This document shows, piece by piece, positions 1 to 10,276 of a DNA stretch of 32,000 bases. Position 1 is the first letter of the stretch, and every line of letters starts with the position of its first letter. A program made the translations under genes and the position numbers. The DNA lies in NCBI RefSeq assembly GCF_000195955.2, contig NC_000962.3, positions 3,570,001 through 3,602,000 on the forward strand, given 5' to 3'. Below the pieces are notes generated by a model. It ran no database searches, was not told the origin of the DNA, and saw only the letters and a program-made list of their open reading frames with translations. The DNA comes from Mycobacterium tuberculosis H37Rv. GTDB lineage: Bacteria > Actinomycetota > Actinomycetes > Mycobacteriales > Mycobacteriaceae.

Positions 1-1211
1 TGACGGTTGAAAAACCCCTCGCCACCGCGAACCTGATAGGCGATACCCGCCTGGGTCAACGCCTCTTCATAAACCTCTGACTGCGCATTGACTCGGTAGA
101 GAATGGCTACCTCGGATGGCGGAGTGCCCGATGCGATTAACCGGGCGATTGACGCCGCCACCGTGGCAGCCTCGGCGGGCTCGTCGGAATGCTCATGGAA
201 CGACGGGACCGGACCCGGCTCACGCTGGCCGGACAACCGTAGCTTGCTGCCGGCAACACGGCCCCGGGCGGCGGCGATCACCCGGTTAGCCAATGACACC
301 ACCTGCGGAGTTGACCGGTAATCACGCTCCAGCCGCACCACCGCGGCGTCCGGGAACCGCCGCGAGAAGTCGAGTAGGAAACGAGGCGAAGCCCCGGTAA
401 ACGAGTAGATGGTCTGGTTGGCGTCGCCGACGACGGTCAGGTCGTCCCGATCACCCAACCAGGCCGAGAGCACCCGCTGCTGCAGGGGGGTGACGTCCTG
501 GTACTCGTCCACGACGAAACACCGGTACCGGTCCTGGAACTCCTCGGCCACCGCGGCGTCGTTTTCAATCGCGGCCGCGGTGTGCAGCAACAGGTCGTCG
601 AAGTCAAGTAAGGTGACGCCGTCGCCGCGGGCCTTGAGCGCCTCGTATTCGGAGTAGACAGCCGCGATTTGCGCGGCGTCCAACGGGGGGTCTCGGCGTG
701 CGGCCGCCACTGCGGTCACATACTCCTCGGGGCCGATCAGGGACGCCTTGGCCCACTCGATCTCGCCGGCCAGGTCACGCACATCATCGGTGCTGGCGTG
801 CAGCCTGGTGCGGCTGGCGGCGCGGGCCACCACGGCGAACTTGCTGTCCAGCAGCTGCCAGCCGGTGTCAGCGATTACGCGCGACCAGAAGTACCGCAGC
901 TGGCGATACGCGGCCGCGTGAAAGGTCAGCGCCTGCACAGCGCCGACGCCCGAACCGGTCCGTGCCGCGGCGTCGAGTGCGCGCAACCGGCTGCGCATTT
1001 CGCCCGCCGCGCGCTGGGTGAATGTCACAGCCAGCACCTGCCCGGCGGCGACGTGACCGCTCGCGACCAGCGAAGCGATCCGGTGAGTGATGGTGCGGGT
1101 CTTGCCGGTTCCGGCACCGGCCAGCACGCACACCGGTCCACGCGGAGCCAGTACGGCTTCGCGCTGCTGGTCGTCCAGCCCGGCAATCAATGGGTCGCTG
1201 GCTATCGACAT
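1..1211 (-). CDS. uvrD2: ATP-dependent DNA helicase UvrD2, N-terminal part (C-terminus runs off the left edge)
   Basis: Reverse-strand translation starts [16 protein letters not shown], carries a Walker A ([11 protein letters not shown]) and DEYQDV, and remains open to base 1 (...GGEGFFNRQ). Confidence 0.93.
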   Translation of the reverse strand, partial: MSIASDPLIAGLDDQQREAVLAPRGPVCVLAGAGTGKTRTITHRIASLVASGHVAAGQVLAVTFTQRAAGEMRSRLRALDAAARTGSGVGAVQALTFHAAAYRQLRYFWSRVIADTGWQLLDSKFAVVARAASRTRLHASTDDVRDLAGEIEWAKASLIGPEEYVTAVAAARRDPPLDAAQIAAVYSEYEALKARGDGVTLLDFDDLLLHTAAAIENDAAVAEEFQDRYRCFVVDEYQDVTPLQQRVLSAWLGDRDDLTVVGDANQTIYSFTGASPRFLLDFSRRFPDAAVVRLERDYRSTPQVVSLANRVIAAARGRVAGSKLRLSGQREPGPVPSFHEHSDEPAEAATVAASIARLIASGTPPSEVAILYRVNAQSEVYEEALTQAGIAYQVRGGEGFFNR

Positions 1212-1334
1212 GACGTCCATCTTGGCAGCGGTAGATGACAGACCGGGCGTGTCGCCACGCCGTGGGGCGTGCGACATGAACAACTGCCGAGCCGCCACAC
1301 CGCCCGGGTCGTCGCCGCGCTAGGTTAGCGTGTC

Positions 1335-1589
1335 ATGATCACCGCTGCGCTCACCATCTATACGACATCATGGTGTGGCTATTGCCTTCGACTCAAAACA
1401 GCGCTCACGGCCAACCGAATCGCTTACGACGAGGTCGACATCGAACACAACCGTGCGGCCGCGGAGTTCGTCGGCTCGGTCAATGGCGGCAACAGAACTG
1501 TTCCCACGGTGAAGTTCGCCGACGGGTCGACGCTGACTAACCCGAGCGCGGACGAGGTCAAAGCGAAGCTGGTAAAGATCGCGGGTTAA
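1335..1589 (+). CDS. mrx1: Mycoredoxin / glutaredoxin-like protein (Rv3198A)
   Basis: 84 aa ORF with glutaredoxin fold features and CGYC active site (TTSWCGYCLRLK, TVPTVKFADG). Confidence 0.93.
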   Translation: MITAALTIYTTSWCGYCLRLKTALTANRIAYDEVDIEHNRAAAEFVGSVNGGNRTVPTVKFADGSTLTNPSADEVKAKLVKIAG

Positions 1590-1601
1590 CGACGTGGACT
1601 T

Positions 1602-2543
1602 TCATTCGCACGCTGCCCACGATTCGATGATCACGCGGGCGATCGAGATCGACCCGGGCAGTAGCAGTTTCGACTCCGACGCACTGGACCAATCGCCGGC
1701 GGCAAGCGCTGCGCGCACCTCATCGCGGGTGAACCACGCGGCTTCGGCGATTTCGCCGTCGCTGAACGAGAACTCCTCATCCGGGTCACCCAAGGCATGA
1801 AAGCCAACCATTAACGACCGCGGGAACGGCCACTGCTGGCTGCCCAGATAGCGCACATCGCGAACGGTCAGGCCGATTTCCTCGCGGATCTCCCGGGCGA
1901 CGCAGACTTCGAACGACTCTCCGGCCTCGACAAAGCCAGCCAACAGCGAGAACATCCGTTCCGGCCACGCCGCCTGGCGAGCCAACACGGCACGATCAGC
2001 GCCGTCGTGAACCAGGCAGATCACCGCCGGGTCGATACGGGGGAACTCCTCATGACCGGTGATCGGGTTGACCCGTGACCAGCCGGCCCTGGCCGGTTTC
2101 GTCGGCGCGCCGTCTAGGGCGCTGAATCGTGCGTTGTCATGCCAGTTCAACAGCGCCGATGCCGACGACACCAGTTGGCTGCTGGTGTCGTCCATGATTC
2201 GGCCGAGCCCACGAAGGTCCACCGCCTCGGCTGGTATGTCGGGATCAGCGATCGGCTGCAGCGCTGCCCGCACCGCCCAGACGTGGCGGCCGCCCTCGAC
2301 GCGACCCAGGAATACCGCCTCTGGCGGTGGCTTGTCGGCCAGCTCGATGGCCGCGCCAAGCAACACCCGGCCGTTGGCGACCAGCACGCGATTGCGGGAA
2401 TCCACCCGCAGCAATGCCGCGCCTGGCCATCCCGCGGCGGCCGCCTCCATGTCGGTCCTCAGCCGGTCGGCCCGGTCGGCGCCGACGCGCGAAAGCAACG
2501 GAACGCTTCTCAGCTGAAAATCCACGCCGCTTACGTTCGTCAC
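1602..2543 (-). CDS. nudC: NADH pyrophosphatase-family Nudix hydrolase (Rv3199c)
   Basis: 313 aa from the GTG at 2543 (MTNVSGVDFQLRS...); Nudix box GFVEAGESFEVCVAREIREEIG followed by SQQWPFPRS. The longer 389 aa track ORF includes non-homologous upstream sequence. Confidence 0.93.
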   Translation of the reverse strand: MTNVSGVDFQLRSVPLLSRVGADRADRLRTDMEAAAAGWPGAALLRVDSRNRVLVANGRVLLGAAIELADKPPPEAVFLGRVEGGRHVWAVRAALQPIADPDIPAEAVDLRGLGRIMDDTSSQLVSSASALLNWHDNARFSALDGAPTKPARAGWSRVNPITGHEEFPRIDPAVICLVHDGADRAVLARQAAWPERMFSLLAGFVEAGESFEVCVAREIREEIGLTVRDVRYLGSQQWPFPRSLMVGFHALGDPDEEFSFSDGEIAEAAWFTRDEVRAALAAGDWSSASESKLLLPGSISIARVIIESWAACE

Positions 2544-2601
2544 TGGCGCCCCACCTGGTGGCGACCCGCCGCGCCCGGCTCCGCCGCGCTTGCGATCGCC
2601 A

Positions 2602-3669
2602 CTAGCGCCCCACCTGGCGAATATAGAGCAGCCGGTCGCTGGCCTCGATGGCGTCCACCTCGGGCGCCCCAATGCGCAGCAGCTGGCCGTCACGTACCAC
2701 GCCGAGCACGATGTCGCGCAGGTGCCGCGGAGACCCGCCCACCTCGGCCTGCTCCACCTCACGTTCGGCAACGGCCAGGCCGGCTTCCGGGGTCAGCAGA
2801 TCCTCGATCATCTCCACGACGCTGGGCGTCGTGGTAGCGATGCCGAGCAGCCGCCCGGCGGTCTCGGAGGAGACCACCACCGTGTCCGCACCCGACTGCC
2901 GCAACAAGTGCTGGTTTTCGGCCTCCCGGATGGACGCCACGATCTTGGCTTTGGGCGCAATCTCGCGCGCCGTCAACGTGACGAGCACAGCGGTGTCGTC
3001 GCGACTGGTGGCGACGATGATCGAAGACGCATGCTGAGTGCCGGCCAACCTCAGCACGTCGGACTTGGTGGCATCACCATGCACGGTGACCAGACCGGCT
3101 GCCGCGGCACGTTCGAGGACACCCGAATCGGTGTCGACGACCACAATTTCACCCGGAACTAACTCGTCACTGACCATCGCGGCCACCGCCGTTTTGCCCT
3201 TGGTGCCGTAGCCGATGACGACGGTATGGTTGCGCACTCTGCTCCTCCAACGCTGGATCTTGTACGCCTGACGGGATGTTTCCGTGAGGACTTCGAGAGT
3301 CGTGCCGACCAACAAGATCAAGAACGCAATCCGCAGCGGTGTGATGACGAAGATGTTGATCGCTCGCGCGAATTCGGAAATGGGCGTGATGTCGCCGTAG
3401 CCGGTCGTCGACAGCGTCACCGCAGCGTAGTAGAGGCAATCCAGAAACGTCAGCCGATCGCCCTGGGCGTCGAGGTAGCCGTCGCGGTCGACGTAGACGA
3501 TCCCGGCGGTGAGCAGCAACGCCACCACAGCGACGACCACCCGGCGTGAAATAACGCGAGCTGGACTGGCCCGCCTTTGGGGAATGCGCAGCACGCCGAC
3601 AAGCGCGTAACCAGGCTGCGCGGTCAGCTTCTCGTTGAGCCCCCGCAACCGCCGCCAGCTACCGGCCAC
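2602..3669 (-). CDS. Potassium channel with C-terminal TrkA/RCK domain (Rv3200c)
   Basis: 355 aa; selectivity filter TLSTTGYGDITP flanked by TM segments, then RCK Rossmann domain VVIGYGTKG. Confidence 0.93.
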   Translation of the reverse strand: MAGSWRRLRGLNEKLTAQPGYALVGVLRIPQRRASPARVISRRVVVAVVALLLTAGIVYVDRDGYLDAQGDRLTFLDCLYYAAVTLSTTGYGDITPISEFARAINIFVITPLRIAFLILLVGTTLEVLTETSRQAYKIQRWRSRVRNHTVVIGYGTKGKTAVAAMVSDELVPGEIVVVDTDSGVLERAAAAGLVTVHGDATKSDVLRLAGTQHASSIIVATSRDDTAVLVTLTAREIAPKAKIVASIREAENQHLLRQSGADTVVVSSETAGRLLGIATTTPSVVEMIEDLLTPEAGLAVAEREVEQAEVGGSPRHLRDIVLGVVRDGQLLRIGAPEVDAIEASDRLLYIRQVGR

Positions 3670-3730
3670 CGAAATCCGTCACCGGTTAGCCCCAATGCAC
3701 GCCAAACGCACGACACAAATGGTAACCACG

Positions 3731-6700
3731 TCAGGTGTCCGACCGCCGACCGGCGCAGTCGGTCAGTAGCATGGCCAACTCGCCGGGAGCGGGTAACTCG
3801 TCGGGGACGACCGTGATGCCGCTGCGCACGTAATAGAAGGCGGTACGCACCGAGGATGTCGGACATCCCCGCAATGCGGCCCAGGCCAGTCGATAGACAG
3901 CGAGCTGGACAGCGGCCTGCCGCATGGCTGCCGGCCCGTGCGGCGGCTTGCCGGTCTTCCAGTCCACCACGGTGGCACCGCCGTCGGGGTCGACGAACAC
4001 CGCGTCGATGCGGCCGCGCACCACGGTATCGCCGATCGGCATTTCGAACGGCACTTCGACCGCCGCCGGGGTGCGAGCCGCCCACGATGATGCGGTGAAC
4101 GCCCTCTGCAACGCGGCCAACTCCTCAGGATCGCCCACCTCGCGGTCCGCTGCACCTGGCAGGTCACCCAGGTCAAACAGCAGTTCAGCACCGTAAAATT
4201 GCTGAACCCAGGCGTGAAATGCATCGCCCAACCACGCGTGCGGGTCCGGGCGTTTTGGCAGCCGACACATCAGCCGCTGCCGCGCACCGACCGGGTCGCC
4301 GACCAGCTCCACCAAACTGCTGACCGACAAATGGTTCGGCAGACCACGGGCAGGTGCTCCCCGCGCCGCGTGCGCACGTTCAGCCAACAGTGCATCGACG
4401 TCAGTGGACCAGGGGGCATCGCCCGGGCGCGGGGGATGATCGATGTCGGTGGTGCTTCCGGGCAAGTCGGCCGACATGGCCGCCGCCACCAGCGCCGCGC
4501 CCCGCTCCACATCGCCGCGACGTGCGGCCAACGGATCAGCGGGCCAAACCGCCTCGATAGCGTTGTCACACAATGGGTTTCGCTCATCGCCGGCGGGCGC
4601 CGACGCCCACTGCTCGACGACTCCGCAAGGATCACCGGCAGCGGCCGAACGGTCAATGATGTCCTTGAGTTCGCACAGGAATTCCGATGGCCCGCGCGGC
4701 TTTGTCCCGGTGGGCCCCCAATGGTGGCCGGACACCAGCAGAGTGTCCTCAGCCCGGGTAACGGCCACGTACAACAGTCGACGCTCCTCGTCAACGCGCC
4801 GCCGATCGAGCAGGCGACGATGTTCGGAGATCTTGTCCGACAACTGTTTTCGGTCAGCGACAGCTGACGTGTCCAGTACGGGGATGCCGTGCGCGCCGGC
4901 CGAGGCGCGATCCCCACGCAGCAGCGGCGGTAGTTCGGCGGGGTCGGTAAGCCAGCTGCTGCGCGACACCGTCGACGGAAACACTCCGCGCGACAGGTGT
5001 GCCACCGCCACCACCTGCCATTCCAAGCCCTTGGCGGCGTGCACGGTCAGCACCTGGACCCGGTCGCAGGCGACGGTCAACTCGGCAGGCGGCAAACCGT
5101 TCTCGACCACCTCGGCGACGTCCAAATAAGCCAGCAGGCCCGCAACCGACGCCTCGCTGGACCTAGCGCTGGCCCGTTCGGCGTACCCCGCGACCACGTC
5201 GGCGAACGCATCAAGGTGCTCGGGTCCGGCCCAGCCACCTGAGACCGGGGCCGAGGCCCGCACCTCGCAATCGACGCCAAGCACGCGGCGCACCTCGGCT
5301 ACTAGGTCGGGCAGGGAATGACCGAGGCGACCGCGCAGCGCGCTCAGTTCACCGGCCAAGGCGCCGATGCGCCCATATCCCGCCACCGAATACCCCTCGG
5401 CGGAACCTGGATCGCTGATGGCGTCGGCCAGACACGGATTGTCGGCGTCCGCGCTGGCCGCCATCGCGATCGATTCGGGCGACGCCGTTGACGGTGATTC
5501 GCCACTCAGCGTCAGCGCACGCCGCCACAGCGCGGCGAGGTCCCGGGCGCCGAGCCGCCACCGTGGGCCAGTCAGCACCCGCATCGCGGCCGCCCCGGCC
5601 GTTGGGTCGGCAACCAGGCGCAGCATGGCCACCACCTCGGCGACCTCGGGGATGGACAGTAGGCCGGCCAGCCCGACAACTTCAGCCGGGATTCCGCGGG
5701 CCCGCAGGGTATCAGCGATAGCGGCGGCGTCGGCGTTGCGGCGTACCAGCACCGCCGCGGTGGGCGGCTTGACACCGTCCGCTTCTGCCCGCTGGTAACG
5801 CATCCGCAAGTGGTCGGCGATCCATTCGCGTTCGGCCTGCACGTCGGGAAGCAACGCGCAGCGGACGGCTCCAGGCGGGGCATCCGGACGCGGCCGCAAC
5901 GCGCGCACCGCAACCGAGCGCCGCCGCGCCTCCGCCGATATGCCATTGGCCACGCGCAGCGCTTGCGGCGGGTTGCGCCAGCTGGTCAGCAGCTCCAGCA
6001 CCGGCGCGGGGGTGCCGTCCGATAAGGGGAAGTCGGTGGTGAACCGGGGCAGGTTCGTCGCCGAAGCGCCGCGCCACCCGTAGATCGACTGAATCGGGTC
6101 ACCGACAGCCGTCAGCGCCAACCCGTCATCAACGCCGCCGCCAAACAGCGACGACAACACAACGCGCTGCGCGTGCCCCGTGTCCTGGTATTCGTCCAGT
6201 AACACCACCCGGTAGCGCCTCCGCAGATCCTGGCCAACTTGGGGAGAGGTCGCCGCCAACCGTGCGGCCGAGGCCATCTGCATGGCGAAATCCATCACTT
6301 TGCCGGCGTGCATCCGCTCACCCAACGCGTCAAGCAACGGCACCAACTCCGCGCGCTGGGTCTGGGTGGCCAGCATCCGCAGCAGCCACTGGCTGGGGCC
6401 GCGGTCACGCTGATAGCGGCCCGCCGGCAGAGCGTGGACCAGCCGTTCCAGCTCGACGTGGGTGTCGCGAAGCGCGCGGGTGTCGACCAGATGCTCGCCA
6501 AGCTGGCCCCATAACCGCACCACGATCGAGGTGACCGCCGCCGGGCTCTTGTCGGTGCACAGCACGCCGTCGTACCCGCTGACCACATCGAATGCCAGCT
6601 GCCACAGCTCGGTCTCGCTCAGCAACCTGGTATCGGGTTCCAGCGGTAGCAGCAGGCCGTAGTCGCGTAGTAGCGAGCCGGCAAAGGCGTGGTAGGTGCT

Positions 6701-7036
6701 GACTACCGGAGCGCAGGCCGCCGGGTCGCCGCAGCCGAGGCCGATACCGGCCAACCTGGCCAGACGGGACCGAACGCGGCGCAACAGCTGGCCCGCGGCC
6801 TTGCGGGTGAACGTCAATCCCAGCACCTGGCCGGGTTCCGCGTAGCCGTTGGCAACCAGCCACACCACCCGGGCAGCCATCGTTTCGGTTTTTCCGGCGC
6901 CGGCTCCCGCGATGACGACCAGCGGGCCGGGAGGTGCGGCGATTACCGCGGCCTGCTCAGCGGTGGGCGGGAAAAGTCCTAGCGCGCAGGCTAGTTCAGC
7001 TGGACTGTAGCGTGCCGGTGCCGCGGTTTGGGTCAT
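3731..7036 (-). CDS. adnB: ATP-dependent helicase-nuclease subunit AdnB (Rv3201c)
   Basis: 1101 aa from MTQTAAPARYSPAEL; Walker A GAGAGKTET, DEYQDT, UvrD-like C-terminal helicase motifs, nuclease motif ATVVDWKTGK. The start overlaps the adnA stop (ATGA). Confidence 0.92.
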   Translation of the reverse strand: MTQTAAPARYSPAELACALGLFPPTAEQAAVIAAPPGPLVVIAGAGAGKTETMAARVVWLVANGYAEPGQVLGLTFTRKAAGQLLRRVRSRLARLAGIGLGCGDPAACAPVVSTYHAFAGSLLRDYGLLLPLEPDTRLLSETELWQLAFDVVSGYDGVLCTDKSPAAVTSIVVRLWGQLGEHLVDTRALRDTHVELERLVHALPAGRYQRDRGPSQWLLRMLATQTQRAELVPLLDALGERMHAGKVMDFAMQMASAARLAATSPQVGQDLRRRYRVVLLDEYQDTGHAQRVVLSSLFGGGVDDGLALTAVGDPIQSIYGWRGASATNLPRFTTDFPLSDGTPAPVLELLTSWRNPPQALRVANGISAEARRRSVAVRALRPRPDAPPGAVRCALLPDVQAEREWIADHLRMRYQRAEADGVKPPTAAVLVRRNADAAAIADTLRARGIPAEVVGLAGLLSIPEVAEVVAMLRLVADPTAGAAAMRVLTGPRWRLGARDLAALWRRALTLSGESPSTASPESIAMAASADADNPCLADAISDPGSAEGYSVAGYGRIGALAGELSALRGRLGHSLPDLVAEVRRVLGVDCEVRASAPVSGGWAGPEHLDAFADVVAGYAERASARSSEASVAGLLAYLDVAEVVENGLPPAELTVACDRVQVLTVHAAKGLEWQVVAVAHLSRGVFPSTVSRSSWLTDPAELPPLLRGDRASAGAHGIPVLDTSAVADRKQLSDKISEHRRLLDRRRVDEERRLLYVAVTRAEDTLLVSGHHWGPTGTKPRGPSEFLCELKDIIDRSAAAGDPCGVVEQWASAPAGDERNPLCDNAIEAVWPADPLAARRGDVERGAALVAAAMSADLPGSTTDIDHPPRPGDAPWSTDVDALLAERAHAARGAPARGLPNHLSVSSLVELVGDPVGARQRLMCRLPKRPDPHAWLGDAFHAWVQQFYGAELLFDLGDLPGAADREVGDPEELAALQRAFTASSWAARTPAAVEVPFEMPIGDTVVRGRIDAVFVDPDGGATVVDWKTGKPPHGPAAMRQAAVQLAVYRLAWAALRGCPTSSVRTAFYYVRSGITVVPDELPAPGELAMLLTDCAGRRSDT

Positions 7037-10000
7037 GGCGCCGACCCTCGGACGTGGGCCGGACAGCCCGGCCGCAGCGGGCAGTGGGTGCACCCGTCGT
7101 TGCGCCGAGCGATGAACTGGGGACCGGCTGTCGCCGCGGCCAGCTGCCGGACGAGGTTGCGCCATTCGTCGCGCGCGGCCGGTGTGAGTGGATCCTGTTT
7201 GCGTTCGGCGACGCCAGCGGCCCCGCTTTTGCCGACATAGACCAGCCGGGCACCGCCGGGCTCGTCCCCGGCGCGCACCAAGCCTTCGGCCACCGCCAGC
7301 TGATACATCGCCAGCTGGGCGTGCTGCTGGGCATCGTCCTTGCTGACCGGTGTCTTGCCGGTTTTGATGTCGACGATCACCAGGCGGCCGGCCGGGTCGC
7401 GTTCCAGCCGATCCGCCCGGCCACGCAACCGAATTTTTCTGGCTTGACCGCTACCGTCCTCGAGGGCCCCATCGATGTCGACCTCCACGCCAACTTCGGT
7501 CAGCTCGGATCGACTCTGAGCTCGCCACTGTACGAACGCCTGGATCATCGCGCGGTGCCGGGCAAGCTCGTTGGCCGAATACCACTGAGCGCCGAACGGC
7601 AGATGGCCCCACACCCGGTCCAGTTCAGCCAGCAGTTGGGATTCGCTCCTGCCCGGCTCGGCAAACAGTGCGTGCAACACCGATCCGACGGCAGACGGCA
7701 GCTCGCGGGTGTTTGTTCCGCCGTGCCGCTCGGCCAGCCAGCGCAGTGGGCAGTCGTTGAGTGCCTGCAAAGTCGACGGCGTCAACGTGACGAGATCGTC
7801 GCTATCGCACAACGGATCACTCGTGCTGACCGGGGCCAGGCCATGCCACTCGGACGGGTCGGCACCTGGCACACCGGCTTTGGCCAACCGGGCCAATTGC
7901 GTTGCCGCACAATCGCGATCGGCGTCATCTACCGCGCAGGCAGGCGCGCACACCACAACGCGTAACCGGCCTACCACCGCCGCAGCCGACAACACGCGCG
8001 GCGCCGAGACCGGCTGCATCGCGACGGGTTCGCCATCGCCGTCGGCCCACTGGGCAATCTCGAAAAAGAACGCCGATGGCAGCACCGCCTCGTGCCCGCC
8101 CCCGCCCGCGTCGCTATCTACGGCGGTCACCAGCAACCGCCGCCGGGCCCGCCCCATCGCGGTCACCAGCAGCCGGCGCTCCTCGGCCAGCAACGGCGCG
8201 CGCATCGAGGCATCCTTCGTGACACCGTCGAGTTCGTCCAGCAGCCGCTGGGTGCCAAGCACACCGCCACGTGGAACCGTGTTGGGCCACAAGCCGTCCT
8301 GTAGGCCGGCGATAACTACCAGATCCCATTCGTGTCCCAGCGCGGCATGTGCGCTAAGGACCATGACCTGCTCTGTCGGGGCTGCCGGTTCGGGTCGCAC
8401 AACCGGCAGCTGCAGCGCGGTGACGTGCTCGACGAGTCCGCGCAGGGACGCACCCGAGGTGCGGGACACGTAATGGTCGGTGATGTCGAACAAGGCGGTC
8501 ACCGTTTCCAGGTCCCGGGTGGCCTGGACAGCCGCCGCACCACCATGCTCGCTGGCCGCCAGCCAGCGGCGTTGCAGACCCGACCGTTGCCAGGCAGCCC
8601 ATAGCGTGTGGCGCGGATCCTGGCCACCCAGACTTCCTGAGCGGTGGCAGCGCGCGGCCGCGGTCAGCACGGCACGCACGCGCCGCAGTGCCCGCGACCC
8701 TGGCCCCGATGGCGGCGCGTCGCCGCCGAGCACTTCCACCAGCAGGTCGCCGAACTTCCTCGAAGTCTGGCCGGGACGTGCGCGTTGCAGAGTCCGGCGC
8801 AGCTGGCGAAGTGATACCGGGTCCACACCACCAATCGGCCCGGTGAGCAGGAGCAGCGCCTGGTCGCCGTCGAGCCCGTCAGCCGTCGCCTCGAGCACCG
8901 TGAGCAGCGCCCGTACCGCCGGCTCCGCGGACAACGGCCCGCCAACTGCAGGTGGGGCCACCGGCACCCCGGCGGCGGCCAGAGCGCGCGGCAACCGCAC
9001 AGCGCGCGGCACCGACCTGACGATCACCGCCATCTGCGACCAAGGCACCCCATCGATCAGGTGCGCGCGTCGCAGCGCGTCGGCAATCATCGCTGCCTCA
9101 GCGTGCGCCGAACCGGCCAGGCGCACCGTCACCGATCCGACCTCGGTCCCGGTGCCCTCGATTCGCCGACCGACGCTTCGACCCGGTAGCCGTCGTGCGA
9201 TGCCGGTGACGGCCCGCGCCACGGCGGGTGCACACCGATGAGAGACCGTCAACGTCACCGACGGAATGGGGGCACCACCTGCTGGCGGCGGATCGTCGGC
9301 CAGCAGGCCGGTGGGCTCGCCGCCGCGGAACCCGAACACCGCTTGGTTCGGATCACCGGCGATCAGGGCCAGCTCGGTGCCCGCCGCCAGCATCCGGACC
9401 AGGCGTGCCGCCTGCGGATCAAGTTGTTGGGCGTCGTCGACCAAAAGGGTCCGGACCCGGGCGCGTTCGGCGGCCAGTAACTCAGGATCGACCGCGAAGG
9501 CCTCCAAAGCTGCCCCCACCAGTTCGGCGGCACTCAGCGCCGGCGCCGTGGCCTGCGGCGCCGCCAGCCCCACCGCACCCCGCAACAACATCACCTGCTC
9601 GTACCGCTGGGCGAATTGACCGGCGGCGATCCATTCCGGACGGCCGCGGCGACGGCCCAGTTGCTGCAACTCCAGCGGGTCCAGGCCGCGTTCGGCGCAA
9701 CGTGCCAACAGGTTTCGCAGCTCGGTGGCGAAGCCGGCGGTAGTCAGCGCGGGCCGCAGATGCGCAGGCCAGGTGGTGGTGGCGGCCGGTCCGTCTTCGG
9801 CGTCCCCGGCCAGCAGTTCCCGAATGATGGCGTCCTGCTCGGCGCTGGTAAGCAGCCGCGGCAAGGCGTCACCGGCGCGCTGTGCGGCCTTGCGCAAGAC
9901 CGCATAGGCGTAGCTGTGCACGGTGCGTACCACCGGTTCGCGGATCGCCGCCCGGCAAGGGCCGTTGGTGCGCGACCGCAGCAGCGCCGTCGTCAGCGCA

Positions 10001-10200
10001 CTGCGGGCCCGCATGCCCATTCGGCCGGAACCGGTCAGCAGCAGAACCGACTCCGGGTCGGTGCCGGCGCCGATGTGAGCGACCGCGGCCTCAACCAACA
10101 GTGTGCTCTTACCGGTGCCCGGGCCGCCCAGCACAAGCACCGGACCGCGCAAACCCGGCGCGAGGGCCGCACCCGCCTCGACACCCCAGATATGTGACAT
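7033..10200 (-). CDS. adnA: Helicase-nuclease subunit AdnA (Rv3202c)
   Basis: 1055 aa; Walker A GGPGTGKST, nuclease motif LVIVDIKTGK, cysteine set ALNDCPLRWL...CTHCPLRPGCP typical of Fe-S RecB-type nucleases. Confidence 0.91.
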   Translation of the reverse strand: MSHIWGVEAGAALAPGLRGPVLVLGGPGTGKSTLLVEAAVAHIGAGTDPESVLLLTGSGRMGMRARSALTTALLRSRTNGPCRAAIREPVVRTVHSYAYAVLRKAAQRAGDALPRLLTSAEQDAIIRELLAGDAEDGPAATTTWPAHLRPALTTAGFATELRNLLARCAERGLDPLELQQLGRRRGRPEWIAAGQFAQRYEQVMLLRGAVGLAAPQATAPALSAAELVGAALEAFAVDPELLAAERARVRTLLVDDAQQLDPQAARLVRMLAAGTELALIAGDPNQAVFGFRGGEPTGLLADDPPPAGGAPIPSVTLTVSHRCAPAVARAVTGIARRLPGRSVGRRIEGTGTEVGSVTVRLAGSAHAEAAMIADALRRAHLIDGVPWSQMAVIVRSVPRAVRLPRALAAAGVPVAPPAVGGPLSAEPAVRALLTVLEATADGLDGDQALLLLTGPIGGVDPVSLRQLRRTLQRARPGQTSRKFGDLLVEVLGGDAPPSGPGSRALRRVRAVLTAAARCHRSGSLGGQDPRHTLWAAWQRSGLQRRWLAASEHGGAAAVQATRDLETVTALFDITDHYVSRTSGASLRGLVEHVTALQLPVVRPEPAAPTEQVMVLSAHAALGHEWDLVVIAGLQDGLWPNTVPRGGVLGTQRLLDELDGVTKDASMRAPLLAEERRLLVTAMGRARRRLLVTAVDSDAGGGGHEAVLPSAFFFEIAQWADGDGEPVAMQPVSAPRVLSAAAVVGRLRVVVCAPACAVDDADRDCAATQLARLAKAGVPGADPSEWHGLAPVSTSDPLCDSDDLVTLTPSTLQALNDCPLRWLAERHGGTNTRELPSAVGSVLHALFAEPGRSESQLLAELDRVWGHLPFGAQWYSANELARHRAMIQAFVQWRAQSRSELTEVGVEVDIDGALEDGSGQARKIRLRGRADRLERDPAGRLVIVDIKTGKTPVSKDDAQQHAQLAMYQLAVAEGLVRAGDEPGGARLVYVGKSGAAGVAERKQDPLTPAARDEWRNLVRQLAAATAGPQFIARRNDGCTHCPLRPGCPAHVRGSAP

Positions 10201-10276
10201 AGCCGCATGACATCACGAGGGTCTGACAAGCTCGGATACTGGAGCTGGCAAGAAAACCGAAAACGCGATGTGAGGG

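Noticed and set aside
2139-2837. 232 aa + strand ORF overlapping nudC
   Set aside because: Antisense to a confidently assigned Nudix gene, with a compositional Arg/Pro-rich product.
3856-7240. Many + strand ORFs opposite adnB/adnA (up to 254 aa)
   Set aside because: They are shadows of long, clearly homologous GC-rich genes on the - strand, with Arg/Pro/Ala-rich low-complexity translations and no recognisable domains.
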